Of a stretch of 64,000 bases of DNA, positions 36,462 to 46,574 are shown piece after piece. The position numbers and the translations under genes are program-made. Source of the stretch: a virus; the IMG/VR virus record IMGVR_UViG_3300019458_000022. The stretch is one strand, 5' to 3'. The first letter of the stretch is position 1, and every line of letters begins with the position of its first letter. The notes under the pieces were generated by a model that was given only the letters and a program-made list of their open reading frames with translations, did not search any database and had not been told where the DNA came from.

Positions 36462-36895
36462 GGCATCCCCACATCGTTCCGGGCTTCCCGGGCGACTTCC
36501 ATCATAACCGCGAAGTCCGTTTCCGAAAGGATATCCAGATCGTCGGTCGTAATCGCGCTCCTCGGGTCCTTCCGTTGGCGCACCGCCCCAAGCACCCGGC
36601 GACGGATCTCCGCGATCCGCTCCCTCTTCACGGTCTCCATATCGTTCTCCCGGAGTCTCGCCCGCTGTACTTCCGGGAAGAATGAGACCTGAAGCGAAAG
36701 CCCGGCCTTCGCCGCCACTTTCTCGGTCCACGCCCGCATCTCTAACATGAGAGCGCTCATGGCGCCGTTTGTCGGCGTCTTCCCGTGGGACCTCATCTTG
36801 AGACGCGCATCCAGTTCTTCGCGCCACAGCTTCCGCAATGCCGCGATCGGTTCGGGTTGGCCGATGATCCGCTGGACGGCCTCTTCCACCTTCAT
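36458..36895 (-). CDS. hypothetical protein (possibly leaderless transcript)
   Basis: ATG 9 nt from -10 box. Confidence 0.65.
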   Translation of the reverse strand: MKVEEAVQRIIGQPEPIAALRKLWREELDARLKMRSHGKTPTNGAMSALMLEMRAWTEKVAAKAGLSLQVSFFPEVQRARLRENDMETVKRERIAEIRRRVLGAVRQRKDPRSAITTDDLDILSETDFAVMMEVAREARNDVGMP

Positions 36896-36899
36896 TCCC

Positions 36900-36917
36900 A
36901 CAAATGTTAACAGATGG
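36900..36917. promoter_or_regulatory. palindromic operator 4 over promoter TTGACA-N17-TAACAT (minus)
   Basis: ACAAATGTTAACAGATGG. Confidence 0.8.
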
Positions 36918-36928
36918 GAGCCGCGGTG

Positions 36929-37423
36929 TCAAGGGGCCGCTGAGCGTTGGGATGGGACGTCGCCCTGCGACGACCCGGCGGGCAGGATCACCAGGAAGCC
37001 GTACTCGTAGTAGCCCCTGTCGTCGGCCGTCCGGAACCGGACGTCGATCAGGTCAGCCTCGCTGTTCGGGAACACCGCGAGGAACTTGAGTCGCTGGACG
37101 GACCCGTCGATCACAAGTTCGATGATCCGGGCGACGTAGTGAGGTCCGTGCGTCTTGAGAAGATCGGTAACGGCTCGTTCGGCTTTTGCCTTGAGCCATC
37201 CCAGATCGACGCGCGCGGCCGGATAGCCCGGAAGCGGTTTCGCTTCGGCGATCCCGTTACCCTGGATGGTCTTGAGATACGTGTAGAAAGTCCGCTGCCT
37301 GTCGTCCGCGGATAGCATCGGCCGATCGACAAGCGCGCCCTCGACGTAGGCGAGTTGGGCGTGAAGAAGCGCAATGGTCTCGTCGTCCTGGGTGTCCACA
37401 GGAAGCTTTACCTCACGGGGCAC
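36929..37423 (-). CDS. hypothetical protein
   Basis: ORF track; start uncertain. Confidence 0.55.
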   Translation of the reverse strand: MPREVKLPVDTQDDETIALLHAQLAYVEGALVDRPMLSADDRQRTFYTYLKTIQGNGIAEAKPLPGYPAARVDLGWLKAKAERAVTDLLKTHGPHYVARIIELVIDGSVQRLKFLAVFPNSEADLIDVRFRTADDRGYYEYGFLVILPAGSSQGDVPSQRSAAP

Positions 37424-37438
37424 GGAGGGTTGGTACTC

Positions 37439-37768
37439 TCATCGCCGGTCGGAGTACCACGGTGTCCTTGGCGGGTGGTCCTCGATAACAGCGGATGGGC
37501 GATCATCCACGAACTCCCATCCCGGTCCGCGGCGCCAGCGCATCATTTCGCAAGGTTTACCGTTTGCCAGGAGGCGCTCCAGGCGAAGCGTCGTGAGCGC
37601 CTCAGCCCCGCGCTCCTTGCCAAGGATGTGGTCGATGACATGCCGATAGGCAGCGGCGTCATCTGCCGCGTAGAACTCGACGCGGTCGGGCCCCATCAGG
37701 CGCCAACCAGGTTGAGTCCCCTCGAAGATACAGATGTAGTTCGGAGGCCGATCCGAACCCATGGCCAT
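37439..37768 (-). CDS. hypothetical protein
   Basis: ORF track. Confidence 0.55.
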   Translation of the reverse strand: MAMGSDRPPNYICIFEGTQPGWRLMGPDRVEFYAADDAAAYRHVIDHILGKERGAEALTTLRLERLLANGKPCEMMRWRRGPGWEFVDDRPSAVIEDHPPRTPWYSDRR

Positions 37769-37782
37769 GATCACCGACAATC

Positions 37783-38004
37783 TTACGCCTGGACCTGAGC
37801 CTGGGAAGGAGCGACATTGAGGGCCTTCGGACCCTTGCCGTCATCCAGGATCTGGAACTCCACCGCCTGACCCTGCTGCAACTGGCGGTATCCGTCCATC
37901 TTGATCGACGTGTGGTGGACGAAAACGTCCTTCTCCATTCCTTCGACCGTAATGAAGCCGTAACCCTTCTCGGCGTTGAAGAACTTCACGGTACCGCGAG
38001 CCAT
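37783..38004 (-). CDS. csp: cold-shock protein
   Basis: [15 protein letters not shown] (RNP1), DVFVHHTSI (RNP2); AGGAG RBS. Confidence 0.95.
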   Translation of the reverse strand: MARGTVKFFNAEKGYGFITVEGMEKDVFVHHTSIKMDGYRQLQQGQAVEFQILDDGKGPKALNVAPSQAQVQA

Positions 38005-38111
38005 TACTAGATCTCCTTGTGAACGCGCAAGACAGTCTAATACCACCGGGCGAATGAATCAACCGTAGACAATCCAGATGAAGGCGCTTGTTGTGGTCCT
38101 GGAATGTCCAT

Positions 38112-38921
38112 TTATTTTGGTTCAGCGTCTGTTCGTGGTGTAACGACTAAACGAGAGATTGAAAACGATCCATTGCAAATGCTCAAAAAAAGACTTGGAT
38201 TCCTGGAAGCGCGGCCTCCATCTAAGCCAACACGACCGTAATCAGCCTTCCAGTTAATGAGGGCTTTTGCTTGGACGGTCACAACCACTCGATCCTTACG
38301 GACCGAGCAGATGATGGTTCTCGGTTGCTTATCGGTGAAGATGCGGCCGTTGACACCGGTCTCGTTCGCGTGGGGAAGCTTAGCGTCAACCGTCCGTAAT
38401 CCGCTTACCGTGCCCTTTAAGCAATCCAGGCTCACGCCGAATTGCCTTCCACCCCCGACAAGACCGATGACGAGTTCACCATCACCGTCCTTGCGCTCTG
38501 CAACAACCTCAACGTCATACTGATCTACTGGAATATGAGGTAACTCCAGCCAGATCGGTGTATCCGCCGTAGTTGTTGCCCCTGTAAGCTTACCGCTCCC
38601 TGTCCTCCACTCAGACGTGGCTCCCGCCTTCTTGAGGTCGATGGCTGAGAGCACGTTCACCGGAGACGATGCCGCCTTGGTGATATCTCCAGTGAACGTG
38701 GCCCCAGTAAGCGGCGCCTTGGGGATTGAACTCCGTATTTCCTTGATGTCCTTCTTGGCTATGGTAATTGTCTGGTTGTCCACCGTCTGAACTTCCAGGG
38801 TATCGCCGTTGTCCTTGATGATGCGCCATTCGATGGAGGTTCCGTTCTTGAGTACGAGCGTATCACCCAGAGCCGAATGCGCACAAACCAGGACCGCGGC
38901 CAGCGCCCACATCTGCCTCAT
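38112..38921 (-). CDS. secreted protein with lectin/beta-sandwich-like C-terminal domain
   Basis: signal peptide (ALAAVLVCAHSALG), DTLVLKNG, YDVEVVAERKDGDGELVIGLVGGGRQF; lower GC. Confidence 0.7.
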   Translation of the reverse strand: MRQMWALAAVLVCAHSALGDTLVLKNGTSIEWRIIKDNGDTLEVQTVDNQTITIAKKDIKEIRSSIPKAPLTGATFTGDITKAASSPVNVLSAIDLKKAGATSEWRTGSGKLTGATTTADTPIWLELPHIPVDQYDVEVVAERKDGDGELVIGLVGGGRQFGVSLDCLKGTVSGLRTVDAKLPHANETGVNGRIFTDKQPRTIICSVRKDRVVVTVQAKALINWKADYGRVGLDGGRASRNPSLFLSICNGSFSISRLVVTPRTDAEPK

Positions 38922-38944
38922 CTGGTCACCTCGCCCTAAACCAC

Positions 38945-38962
38945 ACACATTATAACATCTGT
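38945..38962. promoter_or_regulatory. palindromic operator 5 over promoter TTGAAC-N17-TATAAT (minus)
   Basis: ACACATTATAACATCTGT. Confidence 0.7.
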
Positions 38963-38973
38963 GGTTCTACGGT

Positions 38974-39954
38974 TCAAACGTTTTCGCCTTTCCCGCTCGC
39001 AACGAGATCGTCCACAAGGCGTTTTATTCTGGGCCTGTTCTCAGACCAATTCGACAGTTGCAGGAGTCGCGTACGAGCCGAAGTCCCCATCCTTCGGTTC
39101 TCTGCGGGATCGCTTAATCTTCGGATAAAACCGAGGAGAGGGTCCAGTCTTTCGGTGGTTGCGTGGAAGCACGTTTCCCCATCCTTGAATAGCATCGTCA
39201 TCTCAGTGCTTCTTAGGAAGTCGCGCCCAAGGATTACTGGAACGCCCAGCAGAACGGCTTCCATGACAACATACCCTGGCGTGTCGGTAGGCTTCGGATG
39301 AAATAACACCTTCGCAGCGCGCAGATGTTCGAGGAACTGGTCGTGCGGTATTTCCCTAGACCATTCAGGCGGACCCCCTCCATAAAGCTGTAGCTGCGCC
39401 TCCGGATGATCCCGCAGGACTTCGAGGAGTGGAACATTTGACCAGCCCTGAGCATTCTTTATGGCCGTTACTACGTGAGGGCCAAACGAGGATCGCTCGG
39501 AGCAGTTAAGAAGTTGTGGGTACGGGGGCCACAAAAACTCCACAGGACACAGCCTCATTTCCCGAATAACACGTCCTATGGCGGGATTGAAAGCCATGAC
39601 GGATACGCCCTTGCCTGGGCGAAAGTTCTTTTCAACCCAGTCAGGCCAGCATGGCCAAAGCCAATAGATCAAATAAGGTCCCATCCAGCCGAGGCCGCGA
39701 AGCCGTTGTTCGGTCTCCGGCATCGTATCGACAAAAAGTGCATCCTGCGGCATGTCCTTAAATTCCATGATACCGCGAACGTATGGGGTCTTTCTGACAG
39801 ATTGTTGCATGTATCCATGGTGATAGAAAATCGGAAGAAACGTGCTGAAGGACGGTCCCGCAACATAGACGTCGAACCCAAGATCATTGAGAATCCACGC
39901 GCAAATCTCGTATCCAATCGCATGCGTGTCATTAACTACCGCGAGTCTACCCAT
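38974..39954 (-). CDS. GT-B glycosyltransferase (GT4-like)
   Basis: AKVLFHPKPTDTPGYVVMEAVLLGVPVI. Confidence 0.75.
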   Translation of the reverse strand: MGRLAVVNDTHAIGYEICAWILNDLGFDVYVAGPSFSTFLPIFYHHGYMQQSVRKTPYVRGIMEFKDMPQDALFVDTMPETEQRLRGLGWMGPYLIYWLWPCWPDWVEKNFRPGKGVSVMAFNPAIGRVIREMRLCPVEFLWPPYPQLLNCSERSSFGPHVVTAIKNAQGWSNVPLLEVLRDHPEAQLQLYGGGPPEWSREIPHDQFLEHLRAAKVLFHPKPTDTPGYVVMEAVLLGVPVILGRDFLRSTEMTMLFKDGETCFHATTERLDPLLGFIRRLSDPAENRRMGTSARTRLLQLSNWSENRPRIKRLVDDLVASGKGENV

Positions 39955-39966
39955 GGATCGCTTCCC

Positions 39967-40575
39967 CTACATTCCACCCTTTACCACAACCCCAAACCCA
40001 AACCCTGTGTGAAGGTGATTGAATTCACTCTTGGGTTCGCGTACCGCGTTCCAGAATCTTTCCATGTCTGAATTCATGTGTATGTCGTCGCAGAGCACAA
40101 AGCCACCATCCCGGACAATAGAGCCATAGACCGCGTATTCAGCGAGAACCCTCGCAAAGACATGATCGGAGTCCAGGTACAGCAGGTCGATTGCCTTACA
40201 GCGTTTTTCGACTTCCGCAAAGGCCGCTATTGAATCACCGGTAATGGCGACGATGTTAGCGACCGAAAGTGCCGCAACTCGCTTGGAACACTCCGGATCT
40301 ATATCTACGCTAATGACAATCCCGGCCGGATTAGCCACAGCCATTTGTGCCGCGGAACACCCTAACCGGGTCCCAGTTTCGACGCATGTGACGCCGGACC
40401 TCGCGCTAATTGTTTTGGTTAGCTCATAAAGGAACCGATAGTAAAGGCAAATATCGGGTCCTCCTTCGACATGCTTCTTCGCCCACTCGGGTCGTTCATC
40501 TTTAATGTCGTGAAGTCCAGCTACAAGTTGTGAGACCTGCTTGAGGAGGATGTCTGCGGACACGGATCGCCTCAT
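39967..40575 (-). CDS. class I SAM methyltransferase (Methyltransf_24-like)
   Basis: VETGTRLGCS, IDLLYLDSDH, GGFVLCDD. Confidence 0.85.
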   Translation of the reverse strand: MRRSVSADILLKQVSQLVAGLHDIKDERPEWAKKHVEGGPDICLYYRFLYELTKTISARSGVTCVETGTRLGCSAAQMAVANPAGIVISVDIDPECSKRVAALSVANIVAITGDSIAAFAEVEKRCKAIDLLYLDSDHVFARVLAEYAVYGSIVRDGGFVLCDDIHMNSDMERFWNAVREPKSEFNHLHTGFGFGVVVKGGM

Positions 40576-40639
40576 TGCTATCGTTCGGAAAAGCGGGCCA
40601 TTCTGCTGTATCTAGGGTTTCCGCGTATATCAACGTGCT

Positions 40640-41650
40640 TCATGCGCCGCTCAGTAACGATATCCACTGTTGCTTGAGCGCCATCCAGGAATAGTTCTTT
40701 TCAACTCGCGCACGCGCCAGGTTTGATAGCTCCGTGATGTCCGTCCGATACAGCCTCAGCACCGTCCGCGTGAGCGCCGCTGATGACCCCACGTAGGACG
40801 GAAGCCTCTTCCCGTAGATGACGGGATGTTCCACGCGGTCAACAGGCACAAGAAGATCCGGCGCCAGTTCATTCATTGGCTCCGCATCAACGGCGATGAC
40901 GGGCAGTCCGCAAGCTTGTGCTTCGAGAAGTGTGACGCCCACGCCTTCAAACCTGGAGAACTGTACGGCCACATCTCCCGTAACGAACAGACCAGCAGGA
41001 TCTGGAGTGCTTCCGATCTGGAAGCCGACGCCAAATGGCATGTTTGTCTCGTAGGGCTTCTGCTGGGCCCGGAAGACCAAGGGAGGCTTCCCCATGAACG
41101 TCTTCCAAGCCATGAAGATCTGCGGAAGACCGCGTCGATTCTCGGCTCCTCCATAGCCGTAGACGGAGATAAAGGTCTCCGCGCGCTCACGGAGCCGGAA
41201 TTTGAAAAGGTCTGTGTCGATGGGAACGGGGAGCAGCGCGGCCTTGAGCCCGTAGTTCTTTTCAAGCTCCCGTTGGCACATCGCGTTCGGGGCGACGAGG
41301 TCGGCTTCCTTCCACAACGCCATGTGCTGCGGCGCGAACCAATCCCAATGGACGACATGGACCCATCGGATGCCGTGCCTCTTCCAGATTCCCGGGTACT
41401 CCCAACCACCCGGGATTTCCCAGGTCAGGATAGTGTCCGGCTTGTAGGTCTCGATGAACTTCTCCATCTCCGTGGGAGCCTGCGGCTTCGATGCGAGATG
41501 GTGCTTGACTTTCTCCAGGAGGTCTCGGCGTGTGGGTTTTCCAGCGTTCTGGAGCACGAACGCGGCCTCGACGGGAAGGTGATTCACCGCGTCGAAAAAC
41601 TCCCGGCCCAAGCCGGAATCGTTGGCCCAACCGACCAGCGCCAGACGCAT
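40640..41650 (-). CDS. GT4 glycosyltransferase
   Basis: SRFEGVGVTLLEAQACGLPVI. Confidence 0.85.
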   Translation of the reverse strand: MRLALVGWANDSGLGREFFDAVNHLPVEAAFVLQNAGKPTRRDLLEKVKHHLASKPQAPTEMEKFIETYKPDTILTWEIPGGWEYPGIWKRHGIRWVHVVHWDWFAPQHMALWKEADLVAPNAMCQRELEKNYGLKAALLPVPIDTDLFKFRLRERAETFISVYGYGGAENRRGLPQIFMAWKTFMGKPPLVFRAQQKPYETNMPFGVGFQIGSTPDPAGLFVTGDVAVQFSRFEGVGVTLLEAQACGLPVIAVDAEPMNELAPDLLVPVDRVEHPVIYGKRLPSYVGSSAALTRTVLRLYRTDITELSNLARARVEKNYSWMALKQQWISLLSGA

Positions 41651-41668
41651 TGCGAATCGTTCCTTTCG

Positions 41669-42712
41669 CTAATCCGTCAAGCAGAACCTGATCCCTTCAA
41701 GAGCCCGCTCTCGAAGGTCCGACAGGGTTTCCCTTGGAACGACGCATGCGTCCCGCCTGATCTCATTCAGCCGTTCCAACGTGAGCGGGAGCGTGGCGCA
41801 CGGAACCGAGAGAACGCGAGCGAGGGCCGTCAGCTTCGAGGACCGGCCGACGATCGCAACCCTGCATCCGGCCCAGGCCGCGGCCAGAAGACAATGATAC
41901 CTGGAACTGACCAGGGTTTCACATTCCGAAATCGGCCTGACAAGATCCTCGACCGACCCTGTCCTATAGGGAGGCACCGAAAGCTCGGCGTTCGGAAGGT
42001 ATCCCTCCTGGCGTAGCTCCCTGTAGACGTAGACCTCGTGGAGCGGAATCGACCGGACGTCGCCCGCGATGAACGAGGTTGGGGCTCCCTCTCCATCAAC
42101 GAACGACGCGAAAACTCTCACGTCCTCTCGGCTCAGCGTGTCGGCCATGAGCACGGTGCCGAGCGGGTACCTCCGTTCCGGCTTACGGTCTTTGAAGAGA
42201 TAAGCCAGGCTGATATTCGCGAGATCCGCAGCCGGGAGCACGCGCTCCTTTGGAACTCCCACGGCGCCGGTGATGATGCCGTAGCTATGGTCGTCCCGTG
42301 TCGAGATCCGGTCGAAAAGGGCGGCCACCGGTTTATGGGCCCCGGCCCAAGGCAGCATTTCGGATTCCGCGCCCGCGCAGACCATGATCTTCCGGGCATG
42401 GGCTCCGATCTCATCCTTCCGGGCGACGAGCACCCGAAGCACCTGATCTCCCCACGTCGCCTGAAACGGCGTATCCCCCACCGCGGCCCAGATACACGAC
42501 GACCGCGGAGTCGGGCAGATCGTGTCCCATAGGATTTCAGGGCAGCGGAGGCGCTGGGATGCGGGGTCAGAGGTGCGCGGTCCGTAGACGCATCTGCGGT
42601 CGAGCCCGAGTTCCTTGAGTCCCCTGGCGAACCCGGAGATCATGATGTCGTCGCCGATATTCCCATATCCGAAAAGGTCGAGCCCTATCGTGATTGGAAG
42701 TCCCGTTTTCAC
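41669..42712 (-). CDS. polysaccharide pyruvyl transferase family protein
   Basis: GYGNIGDD, ISTRDDHS, PAADLA, VSSRYHCLLAA. Confidence 0.8.
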   Translation of the reverse strand: MKTGLPITIGLDLFGYGNIGDDIMISGFARGLKELGLDRRCVYGPRTSDPASQRLRCPEILWDTICPTPRSSCIWAAVGDTPFQATWGDQVLRVLVARKDEIGAHARKIMVCAGAESEMLPWAGAHKPVAALFDRISTRDDHSYGIITGAVGVPKERVLPAADLANISLAYLFKDRKPERRYPLGTVLMADTLSREDVRVFASFVDGEGAPTSFIAGDVRSIPLHEVYVYRELRQEGYLPNAELSVPPYRTGSVEDLVRPISECETLVSSRYHCLLAAAWAGCRVAIVGRSSKLTALARVLSVPCATLPLTLERLNEIRRDACVVPRETLSDLRERALEGIRFCLTD

Positions 42713-43458
42713 TCGTACCTGGCGTCGATCACAATCTGGTTATAGGATTCGTAGTTGCACCGTGCATCCACGTCTGCTGAATCGTACCCCCAGTCCCAGA
42801 CGTGGTAGTACGGCCGCGTCCGGACGGCCGCGGCGATGATGCTGGGGGCCGAATTGACCGTGAAGAACTCTTCCGCTTCCTCGATCAGCCGGGGCAGGTG
42901 CGCCACGCTCGTGGCCGTAAGCACCGGCACGGGGCAATCGACTACGGGTTTGTCGCTCAGGCAGAACACTTTCCAACCAGGGCCGAATCGCTTGCGTACC
43001 TGGTCGAGAAACCACGCGATCGGAGGATTCCTCGGCTGGCTGTACCCGAACGGGGAGATCAGGATGTACGGGCGAGGAAGGCCGTAATCTGGAACCTCGA
43101 CCGCGTGATAGCGATCGAAGGTCACATTATGGTTTCGAGGGACGCCCTGGAGTTCGGGGAAGGCGTCTGTCACGTAATCCTTGATCTTGCTCCTCGCAAA
43201 GTGGAAGTCGAGCGCCATCGTATCGAAGACCGTATCCGGCTCTCCCCATACCGGAGTCCACGGGCATACATAGGAGACGAGATCGAAGATCGCATGGTGA
43301 CGTTCCGGGCATTCGATAGCAACCTGGTGTCCGGATCTGGCCAGATAAAGGGCCGGGGGGAAGCAGAAAAGCGCGTCTCCGAGACGTTTCCTGGACTTGA
43401 AGCAGTAGCGCATCCTCTTCAGGAGCCCCACTGCCATTCGTCCACGCGCTTGTTCCAT
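42709..43458 (-). CDS. putative GT9-like glycosyltransferase
   Basis: RLGDALF, YILISPFG, LIEEAEEFFTVNSAPSIIA. Confidence 0.55.
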   Translation of the reverse strand: MEQARGRMAVGLLKRMRYCFKSRKRLGDALFCFPPALYLARSGHQVAIECPERHHAIFDLVSYVCPWTPVWGEPDTVFDTMALDFHFARSKIKDYVTDAFPELQGVPRNHNVTFDRYHAVEVPDYGLPRPYILISPFGYSQPRNPPIAWFLDQVRKRFGPGWKVFCLSDKPVVDCPVPVLTATSVAHLPRLIEEAEEFFTVNSAPSIIAAAVRTRPYYHVWDWGYDSADVDARCNYESYNQIVIDARYE

Positions 43459-44039
43459 TCGGGCTTGTTGTGGATTCCATGAATCATGATGACGTCCGGC
43501 TTCCAGACGATCGCCTCTTCCTTCCCGGGCCAGAGCGCGACCGTGCGTTGGATGAATTCGAGGTCACCTTCGTAGTACAGGCCCCACAAGCCGAGCCGTT
43601 CAGGGACATAGGGGCAGACGATCATCTGCGTGCTCACGTTCTGTATCCTCACCACGGGCTCGCGCCAAAGGACGGTCCCTTCATGGTGCATCCGGAATAG
43701 GATGGGACGGTCCGGATTCTCCTCGATCGCCTTTCGCGCGATAGAAAGCGCGTTCGGCGCCATCCGATCGTCGTCGTCGCACGTCATGAAATGGGTGCTT
43801 TTGATGAGTCGCATCGCCCAGTTCCGTTGCGAATGGCCCCAATCCTTGGTCGGCCCGTACTCGTAGTAGACGATTCGCCGATCCAGGCCCTCGATCATCG
43901 CACGCGCCTCCGGTTGAGGGCCGTCCCCGACCACGATCACCCGGTCGCATTCCCCCAGTTGAGGCATCGCTTCAAGGGCCACGCGCTTGAGCGTGGGTCT
44001 CCCGATCGTCGGGATGATGATCGTCAGTGAAATATCCAT
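43419..44039 (-). CDS. GT2 glycosyltransferase
   Basis: TIIIPTIGR, VIVVGDG, FMTCDDDD. Confidence 0.85.
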   Translation of the reverse strand: MDISLTIIIPTIGRPTLKRVALEAMPQLGECDRVIVVGDGPQPEARAMIEGLDRRIVYYEYGPTKDWGHSQRNWAMRLIKSTHFMTCDDDDRMAPNALSIARKAIEENPDRPILFRMHHEGTVLWREPVVRIQNVSTQMIVCPYVPERLGLWGLYYEGDLEFIQRTVALWPGKEEAIVWKPDVIMIHGIHNKPEWNKRVDEWQWGS

Positions 44040-44054
44040 CGTCCCTCTTCGAGC

Positions 44055-44726
44055 CTACCCGGAGAGCATCCACTTCGCGCGGAAGGCTTCCTCCGCCTCC
44101 CGCTCCAGGGCTCCGAGGCCGCCACCGTACTTCTCCATGAAGACCGACTTGATCCGGATGTTGTGCTCGACGACGACCCTGGGATCGACGCCGATCGAAA
44201 GACCGGCCCTCTTTGCGCGCACGCAATAATCGGTGTCATCGTAGCCGTAACCCGGGAACCGGTCCTCCAGGAAACCGACCATGTTGACTACCACGCGCGA
44301 GATGTAGACGCAGACGAAGGAGACGAACGGCACCTCGACCGCGGCCTCGCCTTCCCGCTGCCACGGGGGTCCGACACGACCGCGGATCGCCGCCGACAGC
44401 ACCCGCATGCAGGCGGTTTCGGACAGGAGATCGAAAGCGTTCCGCGTGACCACCTCGACGTCGTCGCCCATCACGACCGCGTCGAGCGGCGCGATCGCCT
44501 CCAGACCAAGATTCACGCGGCGCGCGAACGAGAACTCCTCCTTCGGGTCCTGAACATACGTGAGTTCCCGAAGGAGCGGAGGCGCGTCTTTCTCGTTGAG
44601 GGAACGACTGACGACGTGGATCTCATGGGGGCTTAGATCCGGATGGGCCAGGAGCACCGAAAGCGCGCTCAGCCGGAGGTGTTCGAAGGAATCCGAAGGG
44701 ATGACGACGGCCCAGCGTCTTTTCAT
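44055..44726 (-). CDS. GT2 glycosyltransferase
   Basis: FSFARRVNLG, VMGDDV, GYGYDDTDYC. Confidence 0.8.
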   Translation of the reverse strand: MKRRWAVVIPSDSFEHLRLSALSVLLAHPDLSPHEIHVVSRSLNEKDAPPLLRELTYVQDPKEEFSFARRVNLGLEAIAPLDAVVMGDDVEVVTRNAFDLLSETACMRVLSAAIRGRVGPPWQREGEAAVEVPFVSFVCVYISRVVVNMVGFLEDRFPGYGYDDTDYCVRAKRAGLSIGVDPRVVVEHNIRIKSVFMEKYGGGLGALEREAEEAFRAKWMLSG

Positions 44727-44734
44727 GGGCTCTC

Positions 44735-45430
44735 CTATTCCAGGTCTTCTCCGGGCGCAGGAAGATTGAACTTCGGCCGTTGCCGGGCGTCGTCGTAGAT
44801 CCCGGCGACCTTGGCTTCGGCCGTGCTTACGCCCCACTTGTGGAAGCACGCGGCGTGCGCGGCGATCCCGATGTCCATCCCAGCCTCAATGAGCCTTAGG
44901 TTGAAATCATAGTCGTTCCCCGCGAACGCGATGTTCTCGTCAAAGCCTTTGATCGCCTTCCACGAGGACCGGCGGATGACCGTGCAGTGGCCCGGCGCGA
45001 ATCTCCGGTCCTTTCCAAGGAGGAAACGCCGGGTCGGATGCAAGGTCTTGAGACGGTCAGTGAGGGCATCCATTCGACCGACGTCCTCCATAGTCGGCAC
45101 GCTGCCCTTGAAATGCTCCCTGTGCGCCTCGTGATTCGTCACTGGACTCGCGGCGCCGCAGGACGGATGCTCATCGAGGCACGCGATCACCTCCGTATCC
45201 CAGCCAGGGCCGACGATCACGTCCGGATTGAGGAGCGCGACGAACGCCCGGCGGCTTTGGCAGATAAACCGATTCCAGAGCCAGGTGAGCGGGTAGTTTT
45301 TGACCGTATTTTCGTACACGGTCAGCCGGTATCCGGGAGCGGACCAACGCGCGACGCTCGCCAAGGTATCGGCCAGCGCCTGATGTCCCAGGAATCCGAC
45401 GACGAAGATGTCGAGCTTCACGCGCGCCAC
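44735..45430 (-). CDS. GT2 glycosyltransferase
   Basis: ALLNPDVIV, GFDENI...NDYDFNLR. Confidence 0.85.
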   Translation of the reverse strand: MARVKLDIFVVGFLGHQALADTLASVARWSAPGYRLTVYENTVKNYPLTWLWNRFICQSRRAFVALLNPDVIVGPGWDTEVIACLDEHPSCGAASPVTNHEAHREHFKGSVPTMEDVGRMDALTDRLKTLHPTRRFLLGKDRRFAPGHCTVIRRSSWKAIKGFDENIAFAGNDYDFNLRLIEAGMDIGIAAHAACFHKWGVSTAEAKVAGIYDDARQRPKFNLPAPGEDLE

Positions 45431-46284
45431 CGGGTTTCGAGGAGGCCGATGAGCGTCCGCGCTCGCTCCTTCCAGTTATGGCGAAGCTGGACATGGTCGA
45501 AGCCCGCCCGGCGGATCGTCTCTCGGCCGGGATCATCGTCGATCCAGCGCCTGAGTTCTCCCTCAAGGGCGTCCAGGGAATCGAAGGTCGCAAGATGCTT
45601 GCCGATCTCGAATTGATCGGAGAGGCCCGGGACCGAAGGCGTGAGGAGAAACCCTCCGGCGCCCGGAATCACGTAGTTCCTGGACGACCAATAGCCAGGG
45701 ACATCCGACCGGGCGTTGTCGCCGACCACGACCTTCGTTTCCTGGACGTATTTCGCGAGGTCCCGGCCGTACACCCAGCCTCCCGGCTGGATGCGCGCTT
45801 CGCCCCCCAGCTTCATCACGAGCTTCGCGATCGCGCGGCGCCGGTCGTTATAGAGGCTCCCGAGCCAGGCGCAAGGGCGTTTCGGCTTCGGATCGAACTC
45901 GACCGGTACGCCTTCGCATGCGCCGGGAAGGTAAACGTGGTTCCGGATTCCGTAGACGCCCTCCCAATCGAATTCGTCGGAACTTACGAACAGCGTGGCC
46001 GTCCGCGCGATCTCGATCATGTCGTCCCGGTTGAAGAAGGGCAGCCAGTCGAGCGTCCAGAAGATCGTCCGGTGCGTCCTGGACCACACGCTGAGTTTCG
46101 AGCGCGAGTCCGGATGGCCCGAGAAGAATGCCCAGTCGGCGTCCGCGGGCGGGTTGGCAGGAACAGCCGGATTCACCCGGATCACCTGGACGCCGATCTT
46201 CTCAAGGGCATCGGCGAAGTAAGCCTCGTCAGGATGCTGACCCCATCCCCAGCGCTCGAATTGCCCGATGACCGCGATTTTCAT
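45418..46284 (-). CDS. CgeB-like GT-B glycosyltransferase
   Basis: WLGSLY, WSSRNYVIPGAGGFLLT, HNWKERA. Confidence 0.75.
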   Translation of the reverse strand: MKIAVIGQFERWGWGQHPDEAYFADALEKIGVQVIRVNPAVPANPPADADWAFFSGHPDSRSKLSVWSRTHRTIFWTLDWLPFFNRDDMIEIARTATLFVSSDEFDWEGVYGIRNHVYLPGACEGVPVEFDPKPKRPCAWLGSLYNDRRRAIAKLVMKLGGEARIQPGGWVYGRDLAKYVQETKVVVGDNARSDVPGYWSSRNYVIPGAGGFLLTPSVPGLSDQFEIGKHLATFDSLDALEGELRRWIDDDPGRETIRRAGFDHVQLRHNWKERARTLIGLLETRWRA

Positions 46285-46307
46285 GGGTCCCCCTCTCCTC
46301 CGGAATC

Positions 46308-46571
46308 CTAGTTTTTGGGAATCTCCTTTGAGAGCGCTTCGAGGCTGTCCAGGACCGCCAGGTTCTTCCGGATCATCGCTGTCGCCGCATCAAATGCATC
46401 GCCAGCGCATTTGTCCCAGTCGGCCCTGCTCGTGGGATTCCTCGCCTGGATGATGCCGATGAGCGCCTGTCCGGCATAGTACTGAAGGAGCGACATCCCG
46501 ACCGACGCCGTTCCGCCCGGGAACGCATGACCGCCGTTCCCTCTGTACCAGAAATCCTCGATTTTTCCCAT
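46308..46571 (-). CDS. small conserved phage protein
   Basis: HAFP...GMSLLQYYAGQAL...AFDAATAM. Confidence 0.7.
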   Translation of the reverse strand: MGKIEDFWYRGNGGHAFPGGTASVGMSLLQYYAGQALIGIIQARNPTSRADWDKCAGDAFDAATAMIRKNLAVLDSLEALSKEIPKN

Positions 46572-46574
46572 CGG

